Shown: positions 45,960 to 59,867 of the stretch, piece by piece
How positions within the stretch are numbered: position 1 is the stretch's first letter
How the letters are laid out: each line of letters begins with the position of its first letter
Source: Lama guanicoe
Taxonomy: Eukaryota
Assembly: GCA_013239625.1 (NCBI GenBank)
Contig: MU056000.1
Coordinates: forward strand, 8,552,970 to 8,616,969
Length of the DNA stretch: 64,000 nucleotides
Direction: 5' to 3'
Notes under the pieces: model-generated
Seen by the model: the letters and a program-made list of their open reading frames with translations, nothing else
Database searches by the model: none
What the model was told of the DNA's origin: nothing
Translations under genes and position numbers: made by a program

Positions 45960-46350
45960 CTTGTGGAATGTAACTGGCCAAAGGCCCATCTGCTGCTCTC
46001 TGAGATCCACAATGCCCTTACTCTGAGGCCACATCCCTCACCAGCAGCTCCTCCTGGCCATTGGCCAAGCCTGACAGAAATACCGAAGGCCGTGGCTTCA
46101 AGACTTGAGCACTCGCCTTGGCTTTATAGAAATTTTCTTAGAACTGCACTCCCGGCCGCATTCTCAGTTCTCTGTCTCCTCCTCCATCCCTTCCTTCCTT
46201 TCTTCCCAGGGGCCAGCCCAGCATCACTGAGAGCTCTCCCAACCCTCCCCAGCTCCCTTCCCATGTTCCTATATGGATTCCACCCCTAGTAAATCTCTTT
46301 CATGTCTGAATCCATTTTGCTTCTCAGAGGACCTGGATCAACTCAGGGCA
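45960..46350 (+). mobile_element. Possible old ERVL-class LTR
   Basis: 3' end agtaaatctctttcatgtctgaatccattttgcttctcagaggacctgg resembles ERVL LTR termini. Confidence 0.4.
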
Positions 46351-49300
46351 TAAAATAATGCCAGGCCCGTGGTACACACTCCGCATGTTGGAGAGACTCA
46401 AAGTCAGTGGTGGGGAGAGGGAAAGCTATAGAGCTGTAAATGGAAGTCTTTGGGTGAGCTCTTATTGGAGACGCAGGCATGGAGAGGCTGGAGGTGAGCC
46501 GGCTAGAAGGACCTGGCCTGACTTGAAAGTGCTGAGAGAACACAGGGAAGCTGGCAGGGGCTGAACAAGTCCTCACTGCTCTGGCTGACTGCTTCAGACA
46601 CTGTGGTTTGGCTTCCTGGGCTGGTAGCTACAGAACCTGTGGTCAGAGCTCCACTGTTACATATGGCCTAGTCGTTGTCTCTTTGTCTGTGCATACACCC
46701 ATTTGTATATTCAAATCTTAATCCCCATTTTGGTTGCCCTCTTGTCCGTGGGAAGTTGACTAGGTCAGGGAGCCACAAGATCTAGCTCTGTACTGCTTGG
46801 GGGTTGTGGTAATTCTCCTTAGTCAACTGTACTTTGAGATCTTCTTGACCTTTTTGTTGTTGCGTTGTCATGGAGATCGTCTGGCAAGAGAGCAACTTCA
46901 TAAAAGAATCGAAGATTCTGGGATAGAATGCATCAGACCACCATCAGGACCATCATGACAAAAGCAGGAGAATAAACAACATTCCCTGTGAGATGCTTTG
47001 GAACAATCAACCCCAGTCGCCCAATTCAGGCCAAGAGAGCAAATCCCATACAGCATGAGGATCAGCCTCAGAGAGCCAGGTAATTTTTTTTCCCTTAAGG
47101 CATTGTGTAGCCCATCATGCCTCATCCATTTCACTGATCCAAATGCAACACAAAGTCTTAGCGATGGCACAGAAACCACCCTGACTCGCCAACAAGAAAT
47201 CTAGAGCAGAGTAATTATCTATCATGACTTTTATCAAGTTGAGACTGATCTAGATTCCATTTATGACAAAAGGGTTATCATTAATAATATTTGTCAAAGG
47301 TAGTGAAGAGTTTATTACAGTCTTTTCTGTTTGTATAATTCCCCTCCACTGGGAACACCGCCCTGATTGTGCACATAAACAGTGAGTCAGTATTTCTCCC
47401 TGGTAGATTGCCTGCGAAATCAAGAATGCCCTTGTTTTGAAGCTCATGTCTGGTTTGGAATCGCCTGCCTTGGTTATTTATGGGATTAGTGTCTCTGTGT
47501 ACAGAGAAGTTTTGAAATACCACCTTAAAGTGCAGGAGGCTTCGGTCTGAGACAAGCAGGTCCAGGTGTCTTGACCACAAAGGAAGTCATATCTGGTAGC
47601 GGCACATGGTGATCTGGGAGAACAGATGTTTATTACACCAGGTTCAAACCATGACTTTAAATAATCTGGGTTATATATTTGGATCCCTAGCAGTATCTTC
47701 TCGGTGGCAAGGAGTTAGCTTATTAATGTCCTGTAAAGGTTGCTGAATTCAAATTTAGAATTACCTAAGGTCTAACAAACAGATTGTAATAATCGGCTCT
47801 TTTTCTGGTCATGGGTGGATTTGTTTAAGTAAGGTCATTTGCCCCTGGAGCTGCAGGTGGAAATACCATCAGCTGTAGTTTTGTAAGGTTTCGTTTGATG
47901 AGACCAGAACTGCCCAGAGGGGAGGTACCGTGGGAGTCTGGTGATGGGTGGCTCTCCAGCAGCCTGTGAGACTGAAGGCGGTGGGTCTCTGAGAATCCTT
48001 GGCATGGGATCCCCCTTGGAATCGTCTTCAAATTGTGTGGAATTCTGAGTTGATTCTTTCATTGTGAAATGTGAACCTAAGTATCGACTCTTTAGAATTT
48101 CATTGCTGTATCTGTTGTGGGCAGTACCTGATAAGATCCAGTCAGAAAAACACATTCAAATCCCCTGGAGAGTAGGAGGTGAATAAAATCCGTCTGATGG
48201 TGTTTTAAGGTCCCTTTCAATGTAGTTCAAGATGTGCCCTCTGACACACGGAATCTTCTGGTTGAATATTATGGAGAGACTGTTCAGGAAGGTGTTACGG
48301 GAAGGTGACCCTAACCTGTTGGTGATAGGGCTGGATAGAGCATGTGAGTCCCTTGGGTCATTTTGAGAAGTCTTCATGCAGCAGAGAAGTAAGAAGGTGA
48401 GATTCCTAAAGGCATCAGTCTTCCAGCTACTGGTTCACAAGGAGATAACAGATGCAGCGCTAAGGGAGTGAACCACGTGGCTGTGAAGGCCAGGGGGGCG
48501 TTCCCGGAAGAGGGAGCTCAAGGGTTTCTGAAAGCTTTGCTAATTCTAATGTAAGGATGTCCTTGGTTCTTTCAACCTTCCCATAAGATTGCAGGTAATA
48601 ACAGCAGTGTAGATTTTGAGTAAGTGTTTATTAAAAAATGTTAAGAGTTTTTAAAAATAACGGGTCCTGTAAAGTGCGTGTCTCAGTCCCTTTATAAAAA
48701 AGTTGGAAACAAAATCAAGCAGCTTTTTAGCAACTGTAATTGCTATAGATCTTCAGAAACGAAAACTTTCAGCCCCATTCTGAAAATAGATACATAATTA
48801 CTAAACATATTCAAACCCCATGAAGAAGGGACCCTGAATAAAAATCCATCTCACTGGGTTCAAAGGGACTTTAGAATCTTTGGCTGTGGGTGATCTATAC
48901 AGTTACGTTGTTGACATATGCCGTGAAAATACGTCAGCTGTCTTTTTAAATTTTCCCCATGAAGGTTGATTTAAGACAAGCAGTCAGTTTGTCTGTATCA
49001 TCGTGAGCAGTTTCATGGAGAATTTAGCTGTCTCCAGTTAAAATCATCTGGTACCACCAAGGGTCTATCTTGGGAGAGCCAGAGATGATCTGAATGCAGG
49101 GCACAACCAAATGGTTTCACTCTTTTTTCATAATCAGAAACTAAACGCTGTGTTTTATAATGGCCTTTTTGAATCCCTCCGGAGATTTATCCTTTGAGGC
49201 TGTAGATAGAATTGTAACTGGTCAGGAAGACTACCTGCTTGGCTGGAGAATTTCTTTTAGTTTCCATACTATCTTTTTACATGGGCTTAAAGCTTCATAA

Positions 49301-50499
49301 TAGCCATCTCTCTAGAAACAAGGGTACACCTAAAGGTTTCTTAACTTGTGGTCTATTTTTCTTTTCAGTGGGTGTTCCAGTTAATGAGAAAATGTTTTGT
49401 TTCCCAAGCACCCCAAAGTCACGCACTCCTTCAAAAGCTCACCTGCTGTCAGTAAGGATGTGCGCTCCGAACTGTGGAGACTCAGAGAGGAATGGGGGAG
49501 GTTTGTCGTGCAAAAGGAGAAGGCTTCAGATGTGCTTGTACTGGAGACTGTTGACGTGGGGAAGCTGGAGGCAGGGAACTGGAAGTGGGCATCTCCTGTG
49601 ATTGGTTTGAAGAACATATGTGACTTTCTTTAGTTGGTCCTGCTTCTTAGCAGGGGCAAAAATGAAAAAGCTGGCAGTCCTTGGCCATGTCCTGACCTCT
49701 CTGGGTCCAAAACCTTCAGAGGCTGGTGTGTGGCTTCCTTAGCTGCTTGCTAAGAGGTTGTGAGTCAGACTTCTCTTGTCACCCACAGCCTGATCAAAGC
49801 CTATTTGTCTATTTAGCCTCTCAGTCCATCATTAGGAGTAATATTATCAATAAGATATTATATTGCAAAGAAAGAAATGTTGTTGCAAAGAAACAAGCAA
49901 ATATTAGAGCAGAAAATTAATCTACTGAATCTACTTAAGCACTTAATCTACTCCTCTTAATTTGCCTTATAAAAATGTACATAAAATCCTTGGCAGAGAT
50001 TCTGGAATGGTTAAATATCGCAAACATATTTTGAAAGTCTGCCTTTAAATTTTCTTGAAAGTCAATACAGTATGTCCCTGCCATCCATCAGGGCAGCCCA
50101 GGGGTAATCATAGCCTACTATCAATTTCCTTGTAAGAATCACCCTCTTAAGGGAAGGGTGTCTTCAGCCCAGTTTGTCTGTTTTTCTATATATCTTCCCA
50201 GAAGTTTCATTAGACCATTCTTTCACATACTTCTAGGTGGATTTTAAAATTCCTGCTGAGGTTTTGTAACAGAATTATGTGCATGTCTCCTAAAATGTGG
50301 ATGCGTGTCTTACTAACCTTCATTCTTGACTGTCCCGTCTGAAATTGCCTTCTTTTCCAGGCTAGGTTTCACTTCATGTATGTTTGAATCCTTTTCTCAC
50401 AAACCTTCCAGTCGTGCAGTTCCCCAAAACATTGATTCCTACCCCTGCCTCCGATATCTCATCCCCAGTGTCTGCATGGAGCTAAAAGGACCTTGAAAA

Positions 50500-50740
50500 C
50501 TGACCTTGGCTCTATTTCTCTCTCTCTTTTCTTTCCCTGACACCTCCCTAATTTAGGTTCTCATTAAATTTCACGTAGCACAGTGCTCTCCCACATTCCA
50601 GCCATCCTCAGTCTGATTCAACATAACCATTGCTGCCAGCTTAATTTTCCTGAAGGCTGTACCGGACCATTGAATTCTGCTGTTGAAAAAATTCAGATCC
50701 CAAACAGCTTAGCCATGGGGTTCTCTGCGCTCTCCATCAC
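50500..50740 (+). mobile_element. L2 LINE fragment
   Basis: ccattgctgccagcttaattttcctgaa..tcagatcccaaacagcttagccatgg, L2-like. Confidence 0.45.
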
Positions 50741-53700
50741 CATCCTCTGATACTCCCCTTTTCCCTGTTTATGAGTTCCTACAACTCTTAATTGGAGCCT
50801 CTCATGCTCATTACTTCATATTCTCAGCTCTGCGTCAAAAACATCTGTGTACACGACTGATTTCTTGAATATGTGTGAGCACATGTGACTGTCCTTTATG
50901 CCAGGATTACTGCATTCTGTTGATTCTTATTTTGTAGTCGGCCTTATTCCTTTGCTAACTATGTAAGTTTAAAAAGCTGAAGCTCTAAACTGTTCTTAGA
51001 AACAATGAACAGTACATAGATGGAAATTTTTAAAAATACATGCAGTATGTCATATAGATGTATTTACATGCATACGTGCAGTCAAATTGTAACAATTCTA
51101 CCTAACAAAACTGCAAACTAGAAAAAATAAAAACCCAAAAAAAAATCTATATACGTGTCTAAAATTTCACTTTAACAGAAAGTTTGGAGGTAGCATATTC
51201 AAGTCTGACACATTTTTCTTTTACAGAGTTTAGAATAATGACAGCATTTATTAAATAACAAATTGAATAATTGAGTCAATAAACAAATATATATGTTGAA
51301 ATCACAAAAAAAAATGCAATGATAGTGGCCAAATGTAAACTTTGATAAATGCTATGATTGTGGCAAAATTAGATGCTCTAGTGTCATAGTGGTTAATTTT
51401 TACAGTGAACAGTTTGGATTTGAGATGAATCTGGAATGAATTATAGGATTTTCTCCACAGGGATAAGAGCAAACACCATGCTCACAACTGGGAATAACTT
51501 CAGGAAGGTTTTGATATCAGTTACAGTGAGCATCTTGATCTAGTTTGAAAATAGGGAAGCCTGAGTATCATTGTATAAATATCTATCCCTCCACCCCCAC
51601 CCCTGCATTTGTTTCCTTCTGAAATATTGAAATGGGTATGGAAAAAAAATGGTGTGGATAATAAATTATAAATTAAGTGGCACAATAAGTTGAACATGTG
51701 ATTTAAATTGAAATATTTTGCACTATGATAAACATTAGTAATTAAAGTTGTAAAAAATAGCTTTAACTCTGCCGTGGCAGAAAGAGAACAAAACAGGATC
51801 TAAGACACACATTTCTTCTCGACCTGATTTCAAGAAGAAACACTGGTTTATGGTGGAAAGTATTGTAAGGAAGAGCTTTGAAGTTATCACGTTAGAGACT
51901 TTCTGATGAGATCTGTGTTTTATCTCAGCATAAACAAAATACATATGCAAGATTGGCTCCTTCTTTTTTCTTCTTTAATTTAGTTAAGAAGGAAATCTTC
52001 CAAAGGGTTCTTGAACTAAATCTTGATTAACCAGAATATTCCTTTGTAAAGCAAATGGGAAAGCTTGCTATTACTATGAAGATGAGAGAATTTTCAGCCT
52101 TCTTAACAAAGCTCGCTTTCTCTCGAATGCTGGGAACCATCATTACCTCCCCCTGTAAAGATTTTGCTCACAGGTAGCCTGAGGAGGGATGAGAGCCCAT
52201 TGGATCAATAATCTGGAGAGGAAGCTCTTGGGTAAAAACAATATGCATAGCTGTGAGATCTCGGATTGCTTTTCCATCTTGGGAATTTTTAACCAGTGGA
52301 ATCACATTCCACGAAATGTGGAAATGGCTAAGACTCACGTGAACCCAGACAACATTGACCCAGGTGACTCCATTTGTTTTATGAGAATGTTTTCTCTTTT
52401 CCCAGAGGTCAGAAGTGATTCTAAGCCAGGGAAGTTCAAATCATTCTCACCTTTGTCTCAAGGAGGATCAACTAACAGCATGATCTTTTGGCCTTTGCCA
52501 ACCGAAGGATACCATGCTATTTACCACCGTTCACCTTCTGGCTTGAGGTACATCCCTCTTAGGATTAATGTCCCCATACTCTTCCCAAATAGCCTGGGAT
52601 GGGGGGGTGTACTGGTCTTAGGGATGCCTTTCCACCTTGCCCTGGATCAGAAAATGCAGTGGCGTGAGCTTAACTCGTCCAGATATCTTTGAGATTACCC
52701 CAGAAAGGATAAATGTCAGTTGAAGTGCTCCTTTTTTAAATTAAATGTTCCCTGGCTACTCCATCCAGGAGTGATTTAAGTGTCTATAACTGTCCAGCAT
52801 GGTTTGCCCTGCTTATAGGACGTTAATCACATTTCACCTTGAAGCCTTTACCTGTCAGACCTTCTCACTAAATCTCATGGTAGGTAGGGTTCTTCTACAG
52901 CGCCAGCCCCCAGGAGAGCTTTGCATACGGTAAGCAGTCGTTGTGGTTTTTATGCCTGGATCACCAAATCTTAGTTCTTGCCATTTCTCTCGCAGCTCTA
53001 GAGAATACCATTTATACTGACATCATCAGTACATCTTTGGTTATATTTCATGGTGTGTATTTTCAGAATGGAAATTTTACATATACAGGATGTTATTAAT
53101 TTTACATATTTACTTGAACATTCTGAGGCAACCTGCCATGTGTGCTTCCTATTTCATGATTGGCTGTTGCTAAGCTGTCTTTACTATGTGGTGGCTATTC
53201 CCTTACGGTTGAGAGCACATGTGTTTAAGGAGGTCCAAGATCATGAACAGTCCTCGGGGAAAATGGGATAATGGACCGATAATTGCTGTTGATTGCGAAA
53301 ATAGATTTTCACCATTTCCTGAGATAAAAGAGAGTGTTGTTTAATTGCTGTAAATGTGTCCTATCCCTTCGGGAACTGAATTCAGGAGATAGTGCAGTGT
53401 TACACCTGGGAATCTAAATACAGCTTTGGGCTGATTGCTGATTATTATTTTTATATCTCTGTAACCTCCAGTCTTAATGTGCTACTCTATGAATACTCTG
53501 ATAATGCCGTGAAACAATCCCATTAATTCTATTAATGTTGTGCCAGTGTTCGAGAAAGGGGTCAGTGTGTTTGGTGCACTTAAAATTTTTATTTTAAAGA
53601 AAGGTTACACAGTTTGGGAAGCATAAAAAGGAGTTCTCAAATAAATTGAGACAGAAGTTTATTCTAACGGTCTTTGCATCTACTATTACACTCAACCTTA

Positions 53701-55713
53701 ATAAAACAACAATGCAACCCATGGACAGCAAATTTGGGAAATGAGCTTCTTGCACAGTGGAGATGTTAAAGAAAGAAATAATTTTACAGACAGTAACACT
53801 GTCTTACAGGTAGCTTAGAACTGAATTTCTTTTCAAGAGATGTAAGTTGTAATTCTGGCTTGAATCTTTCCTTGAGTTTCTCCCCGTCTTATTTTTTTTC
53901 TCCATCTCTAACATTAGACAATCTACATTTCATTTCAAAGATGATTGTGAAGTGCCTTGAAGCAAAACCAATACAAAAGGGAAATAGCATCAAACAAATT
54001 ATTAAGACTATTCTCACTCATACATATAAACCAATACCAAAATAGCAGATGTTTCACTGGTAGGATACATTTGATCATTGAACAATAAAGCAAACCTTGT
54101 ATTAGAAATTTATTACATTTTATTCTCCATAAGTAGCTCTCCGGGTGCAAGTTCAAGTCATTTAGTATCTCTGTGCTTCAGTTGTCTTATCACTAAAATA
54201 ATGGTTTTAGATTATTTTGAGGGCAAAACTTAGACCCATGAAACTGTAAGTATGGTGTTTGTATGCAAATATGTGTATGTTTAATAAAAAAAAATCAAAG
54301 CTGATAGCAAATAATTTGCTTGGTTATGTCGTTCGCTGAAAGGACAGTTCTTTTAAAAAAAAAAAGTCATCCTGCAATTAAAATAAACAAGTAAAAAATA
54401 CCCTAAACAAATATCAGAGAATTTTTGTCTTTAGAAGTGAAGAGCATTTTCTGTTTAGGGATCATAATGAAAAATGTTAGAAAAGTAATTTCTGAAAAGT
54501 AATTCATATATTTTGCATATGGTTCTGGAACTTTTCCCATTATGTTACTTCCTCTTAACAGAATTTTAAAAAAAAGTTTCCCTGCAAATATTATTAAAGA
54601 TGAAATTTTAATACTGCTAAAATTCACACTTTCTTACAAAGGAAAAGATCAGTACTTAGATAATTCCCCAATCATAATCCATTATTTGTGTGAATAGTGT
54701 TAATTTTATGAAGAACGGAGTCCAAATAACACAAAATTTACATGTGAAATATGTCATGCTTTTCCACACGGGAGCCAGAGTTTGCTTTATTTTGGTGATT
54801 TCACCTTTGGCATCTAATTCGGTGAGAAAATGGCCTTTATTTATGCTTCTTCCTTTCTTAATAAAGGAGAGTGTAGAGCGTAGGCCAAATTTCATTGAAG
54901 GGAAAGGGGAAAATTGCTGAAAAACTGCCCTGGGACAGAAATGTCAGACACTTGCAAGCCTAACGCTATTTGGTTCTCAGATTAAATTCTCTCACAGGAA
55001 AGCCTGTACAAGAAGTTTTTTTGATAGCTTCCTTCTATTGCCGCTGCTCACAGGAAGGAAACAAATATATAAATCTCACACCCAAGCTCTCAATAGAAAG
55101 ATGCTTCACCACCTCCATTTCATTTCATTTCACAAAAAAAGCAGGAGGGAAAACACTAAAAATCTGAGCTTCATACTCTTACACGTTGTCCTTTTTTTCC
55201 CTCCTCCAATGCCTTTTTTTGATGCTTCACATTATAAATACCTCATGAGAAGAAGATTTTCTAAGATTGGATTTGAATACAATTATTGAGAAAATTAACT
55301 GTATACTTGAAATGAGGGAGGCTTTTACACTCAAATTCTTTCTCAGACTGGCTTCAAATACATCACTTCCAAAGAGACAAGAACATTTCTCATGATAGCA
55401 TCCTTCAAGAAAACCAAGAATTTAGACTGCTTTTTCACAGAGGAGAATAGATCAATTAACTCGTAATCACTGAAGCAGCGTAAGTTTTGGAAAGCAAAAG
55501 GAGGCACTCCTTTCTGTGTGTCAATAAATTGATTCCTCTTTTTGAGTTGTAACAAAGGAACTCTTGACTTTCAGAGATGCCCGCGGGTCACGAAGAGATT
55601 GCCCATCCCAAACAATCAGCCAGTACAGACGGTGAGTTTGAATCTGAATCTAATACAGCATCATGTATTAAGACCTGGGGGCACCATGTCACTTTGTTCT
55701 GGAAAGCTAACCC

Positions 55714-56126
55714 TGTTACGGAAATGACAGGCCAGTCAAGAAACAGGCACCACTCGGAGGGTTGGAGTACTCAGATGTATTACGCCGGCGGGCTCAGAGG
55801 GGCTTCTGCTCCGAAGCTCTGAGCACCTTTAAGATGTGCACATGAGGTTTTATAGGGTGAAGTACAAGCTTGGGGTATTCGGCCAATAGGCATGGAACAG
55901 CTTTAGCAGCATCATCATCACAAAAGTGGAGGCAGGGAGGCAGCAAACCAACATTCCAAAGCCAGATATGTATCTTTGAAAATCCAGCTGGCTAGCAAAA
56001 AACATGAACAGCAAACCAACACTAGTTAACTTAGATTTACAAGTTAGTCTAGCAGAACTCAGATCAGTATTCCAATACTTAGATTTGTGATTTATCTTGT
56101 TAGCCCAGCCCAGCTTTTCCTTCACA
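55714..56126 (-). mobile_element. Solo ERV1-like LTR related to 45200-45684
   Basis: TG...CA termini and a perfect 4-bp TSD accc (55710-55713, 56127-56130). cactcggagggttggagtactcagatgtattac is the reverse complement of the R region of the 45.2-kb LTR. CTATAAAA on the minus strand at 55848-55855. Confidence 0.85.
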
Positions 56127-59100
56127 ACCCAAGTAAAATTGTAGTTCTCATTTTAGCATGATTTATAGGTATTCTGCTTGATAACTTTTTACTATAGTAT
56201 TCTAGAGATGCTAATTTGTTAAGTTCTGTAATATCATCAAACCATAACATACTCCATGATTTAAAAAATGTGAGCCAGCTTCTCTCCCTAGAGCTTGTCT
56301 TTCTCTTTATTTTATAATCTCTCAGCTCATTTATGAGAATCCTATATGTATTTATTTCTATACTGTTGTTACGCAAAAATACTGTCATTAAGAAAATAAT
56401 ACCTGTCCTTAGCTTTATTGTACCATTTAGTGGAACCAAGGAATAGAATTTTGTGTTTTACAATCAAAATTGTTCATGTCTTTGTAAATAACGTTATGGA
56501 TTGAATATTTTATTTTTGAAAATTTCCAGAGCTATTTGAACATAATTCTGCACAGACATGAGAAGATTAATGAATGGTCCATAAAATTATTAGATCACTG
56601 AGACAAATCACCATTTTTTGACAGGCGAATAAAGATTTTTCTTCATATTCCTCATATGAAGATTCATGAAAAATTCCTCACAAGATTCTCGGAGATTGAA
56701 GACTGAAAAACTTCACAAGATTTATTTTCTTCGAAATCACCTATGTATATAATACTCCACCACCTTTTAATATATCTTTCACCTCATTGTAACTGTTTTG
56801 AATGAATATTCTAGAAACCTGCATGCTTCCCTTTGAATGAGTTCCATGTCGTTTCGATGTTTGCACAGCATGGCCAACTCCACTGGATTGCATTACACAA
56901 TGGGGAGCAGGGGTGTGTGTTACCATTTTGAGATTTCTGAGATTTGAATGTTCTGAATTTTAAGATTTATGGTTCATAAAAATATCTTAGAATATTTTCT
57001 TTTCACTGTCATAAAAATGTCACATGTAACAAACAGAATAGAATATAGCATAAGTATCATCTTATCTCAAAAGAATATTTTCATTTATTTCCTTTTTTAA
57101 GAATTATTTCCTTTTTTAAGTTTTAAGAAACTAAAAATATCAGAGGATGATAAAACCAATAAAGTAAATAGAAACTGACTAAAATTGTTTGTAAAGTATG
57201 AATCTTTGATGACATTTTGTTCTCACTATTATTTCAGGTTTTCTTTGGAGGAAAAAATAAATCATTTAAGAAGAAATTATTTGTTTCCATGGCTTCAAAA
57301 ATAATATTCACAACATTAAGAAGACTGAACATAAAAATAATTAGTAATGCCATTATATCATTTGTAAACTTTTGAGCGAGGGCATTTGAGACTAATGAAC
57401 TCTGGTTCAAATTAGCATCAAATATGTTATTTAGCATCATTTATTCCTCCACCAGAGGAAGATAATCAAAGAGTCTTAAAAAGTAATTTATGTAAACATA
57501 AAAGTCAATCATCAGAACTCTTTCTTGAACATTCACCACCATGAACACTTTTTTGAAAGCTTTTTTTTTTGAGACCTCATTTTTTGAGAGACCTCTTTGT
57601 TCAAAAAATTTGGATGTAATAATGATAGAGTGAATTTGTTCTCCTCTAGAAACAACAAGAAAATCACTCTCACTATAAATGACTATTCTTTTCAAAGACA
57701 TTCAAAATTGGTCTGAAACAATTTCAAAATATCCTGCCTTACCTCATAAAATTTTCATGATCCCTCAGTGTCAAGAGCTGTGTTAATATTCATGTGAGTG
57801 AATAAATGTATCTATACCCAATCTTTGTTTTCTATTTTACATTGTATTTTAGTCTGCATTCATTAATTTTGTATTTGGTAGAATTACAAGTATGTAAACC
57901 TGTGAAAATCCCCGTTCCAATGAAAGAGTTCCTGGATTTTTATTAAAATGTTGAATGAACTGTTGAAAACTGGGGACGTCAGTGGTCTAAAAATGCACAT
58001 ATATTATTTTTTCTTTAGAGTTCTTTTGTGTCCGTTTCTATTGTTCCATACTGTTTATGATTAGCCAGTCAAATAGGGTATCCGTTTCTCTTTAGTTAAT
58101 TTGAATGAGGAATGTTGCAAGGGAGCAGAAACAGAGGCTGAGGAACCATTTTCTTGGGAGACTTCCCCTAGATAAATGGTTGCAGACCTCAGCAAGTCCT
58201 GGTAGTGAACGTGCCTCAAGGGGTGTTATCTATCCTTCATCTCCTCCAAAACTTCCTGTAGCTGAAGCCGGTGCTCTGAATATTTCAATCATCCAGAAGG
58301 GGAAGAAAATGAATATGGGCGTCAATCTTGGGATGGACTTTACTTTAGATATTTTAATTCTTCAATAAACTATTTTAGTTCAAGTTGACTTCTGACCTAA
58401 CAATATGGCAGTTCTGTATGGATGCCTGAGTTCTTCCTGTAACAAAGTACCATTTTACAAATAAACCTTGGTTTCAATGAAATACAAACAAAGATTTAAG
58501 CAAATTATTAAATTTAAAAATCAATGAAAACTCTAAAATAATGTATTTAAAAAGTTATGCTCAGCAGAAGTGGAGAATTTCTTTCTTGCTTTCAACAGGA
58601 AGCACTCCAAAAATATTTGTTGATCTGAAGTGACATTACTTATCCAAAGTATTGTCCTTTTTGAAGTGGCCTCCTCTGAACCTGTGCTTTTAGTCCAACA
58701 GTTAAAGCCTCTTTGGGTACATTTTCCTTGCAAATTGTCTTTAAAGCCTAACTGCTTAGGACTGGTGAGATTTTGCTCATTAAATGAGAAATTCAATTTG
58801 GAGACAGTAGTTCTTCAGAGAAAAGGTTGTGAAGTCCCACAGAGCAGTAGCCAATCTGCCAACCGCCACACCCTGGGCAAATCTTTAGTTCTTGAGTTTT
58901 GTTTTAAACAAAAAAGAAAGAAAAAGGAAAAGCAATACAAAGAAAAAAAATTTTAAAAGAAGCAGGACAGAATTGTGGACACTCCAATTATACGCTGGAA
59001 TTAAACCCAACATCATAAGAGATATCAGCATGATCAGTCTGGTCCAGAAAATTTAGGAGTTCGAGCCTGAAGGGCAAGTGAAATTAGTGCGGGGGGTAGG

Positions 59101-59836
59101 GGGTTGCCTGTTAGTGAAAAAGACAGTTTTCAGAGTCTTTGAGCCATGCCACCTGTCAATTAAGTAACACATTTCATTTTTAAATCTATACATTAAATAC
59201 ATTTTACACCTATATTATCTAATTTGTTACCCTGAGAATACTGCTCTTATTTTCAATATTGGAATGGAATTGATTTCAAATGTTTCGTGGGTAATTGCGA
59301 AGAAGTTACACAGAGAAATACAAATAGAGTAGTTAATATAAATACAGCAATTAGATTTGCCTAATTTTTTCACATGGCTTATTTGTTTTTCCCCACTGAA
59401 TCTGTGCTAATAAAGATAATATAACACAACATTGTAAATCAACTATACTGTAATAAAACAGAAAAAAGGAATGATACAAAATTTCTTAATCTCTTTATAC
59501 TTCCTAAAATTTCTACTTCATGAAAAAATAATGGAAAATAATATCCAACTTAATAAATAATAGTCATTTCTGTTAGATTTTCATTATACAGCTTCATATT
59601 TATCATTGTAAGATTTATTTCCATGCTGTTCAGCCCCTTTGTGCTGCATATAAGCTCAGCTAATATTAATATGCCCCCACCCCCACTTTCTTAGGGAAAG
59701 AAGAAGTTGTCCCAAGAATATGACACTTTTCATTCTCTACAGTTAACTTTCATCAACACATCACTTCCAAGTATATCACTGTAGTCCAGAAAAAGGAGAG
59801 GTCTTCTTGGCTCACTGTGGAATATGTTAATCCTCC

Positions 59837-59839
<3 letters not shown>

Positions 59840-59867
<28 letters not shown>
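59840..59867. repeat. (GT)n microsatellite
   Basis: Direct read. Confidence 0.95.

Noticed and set aside
52189..52692. 167-aa ORF
   Set aside because: No recognisable domain, promoter or splice context. Its length is compatible with chance.
45200..56126. Full-length provirus between the two related LTRs
   Set aside because: The LTRs are in opposite orientation with different TSDs, and no gag/pol/env remnants were seen between them.
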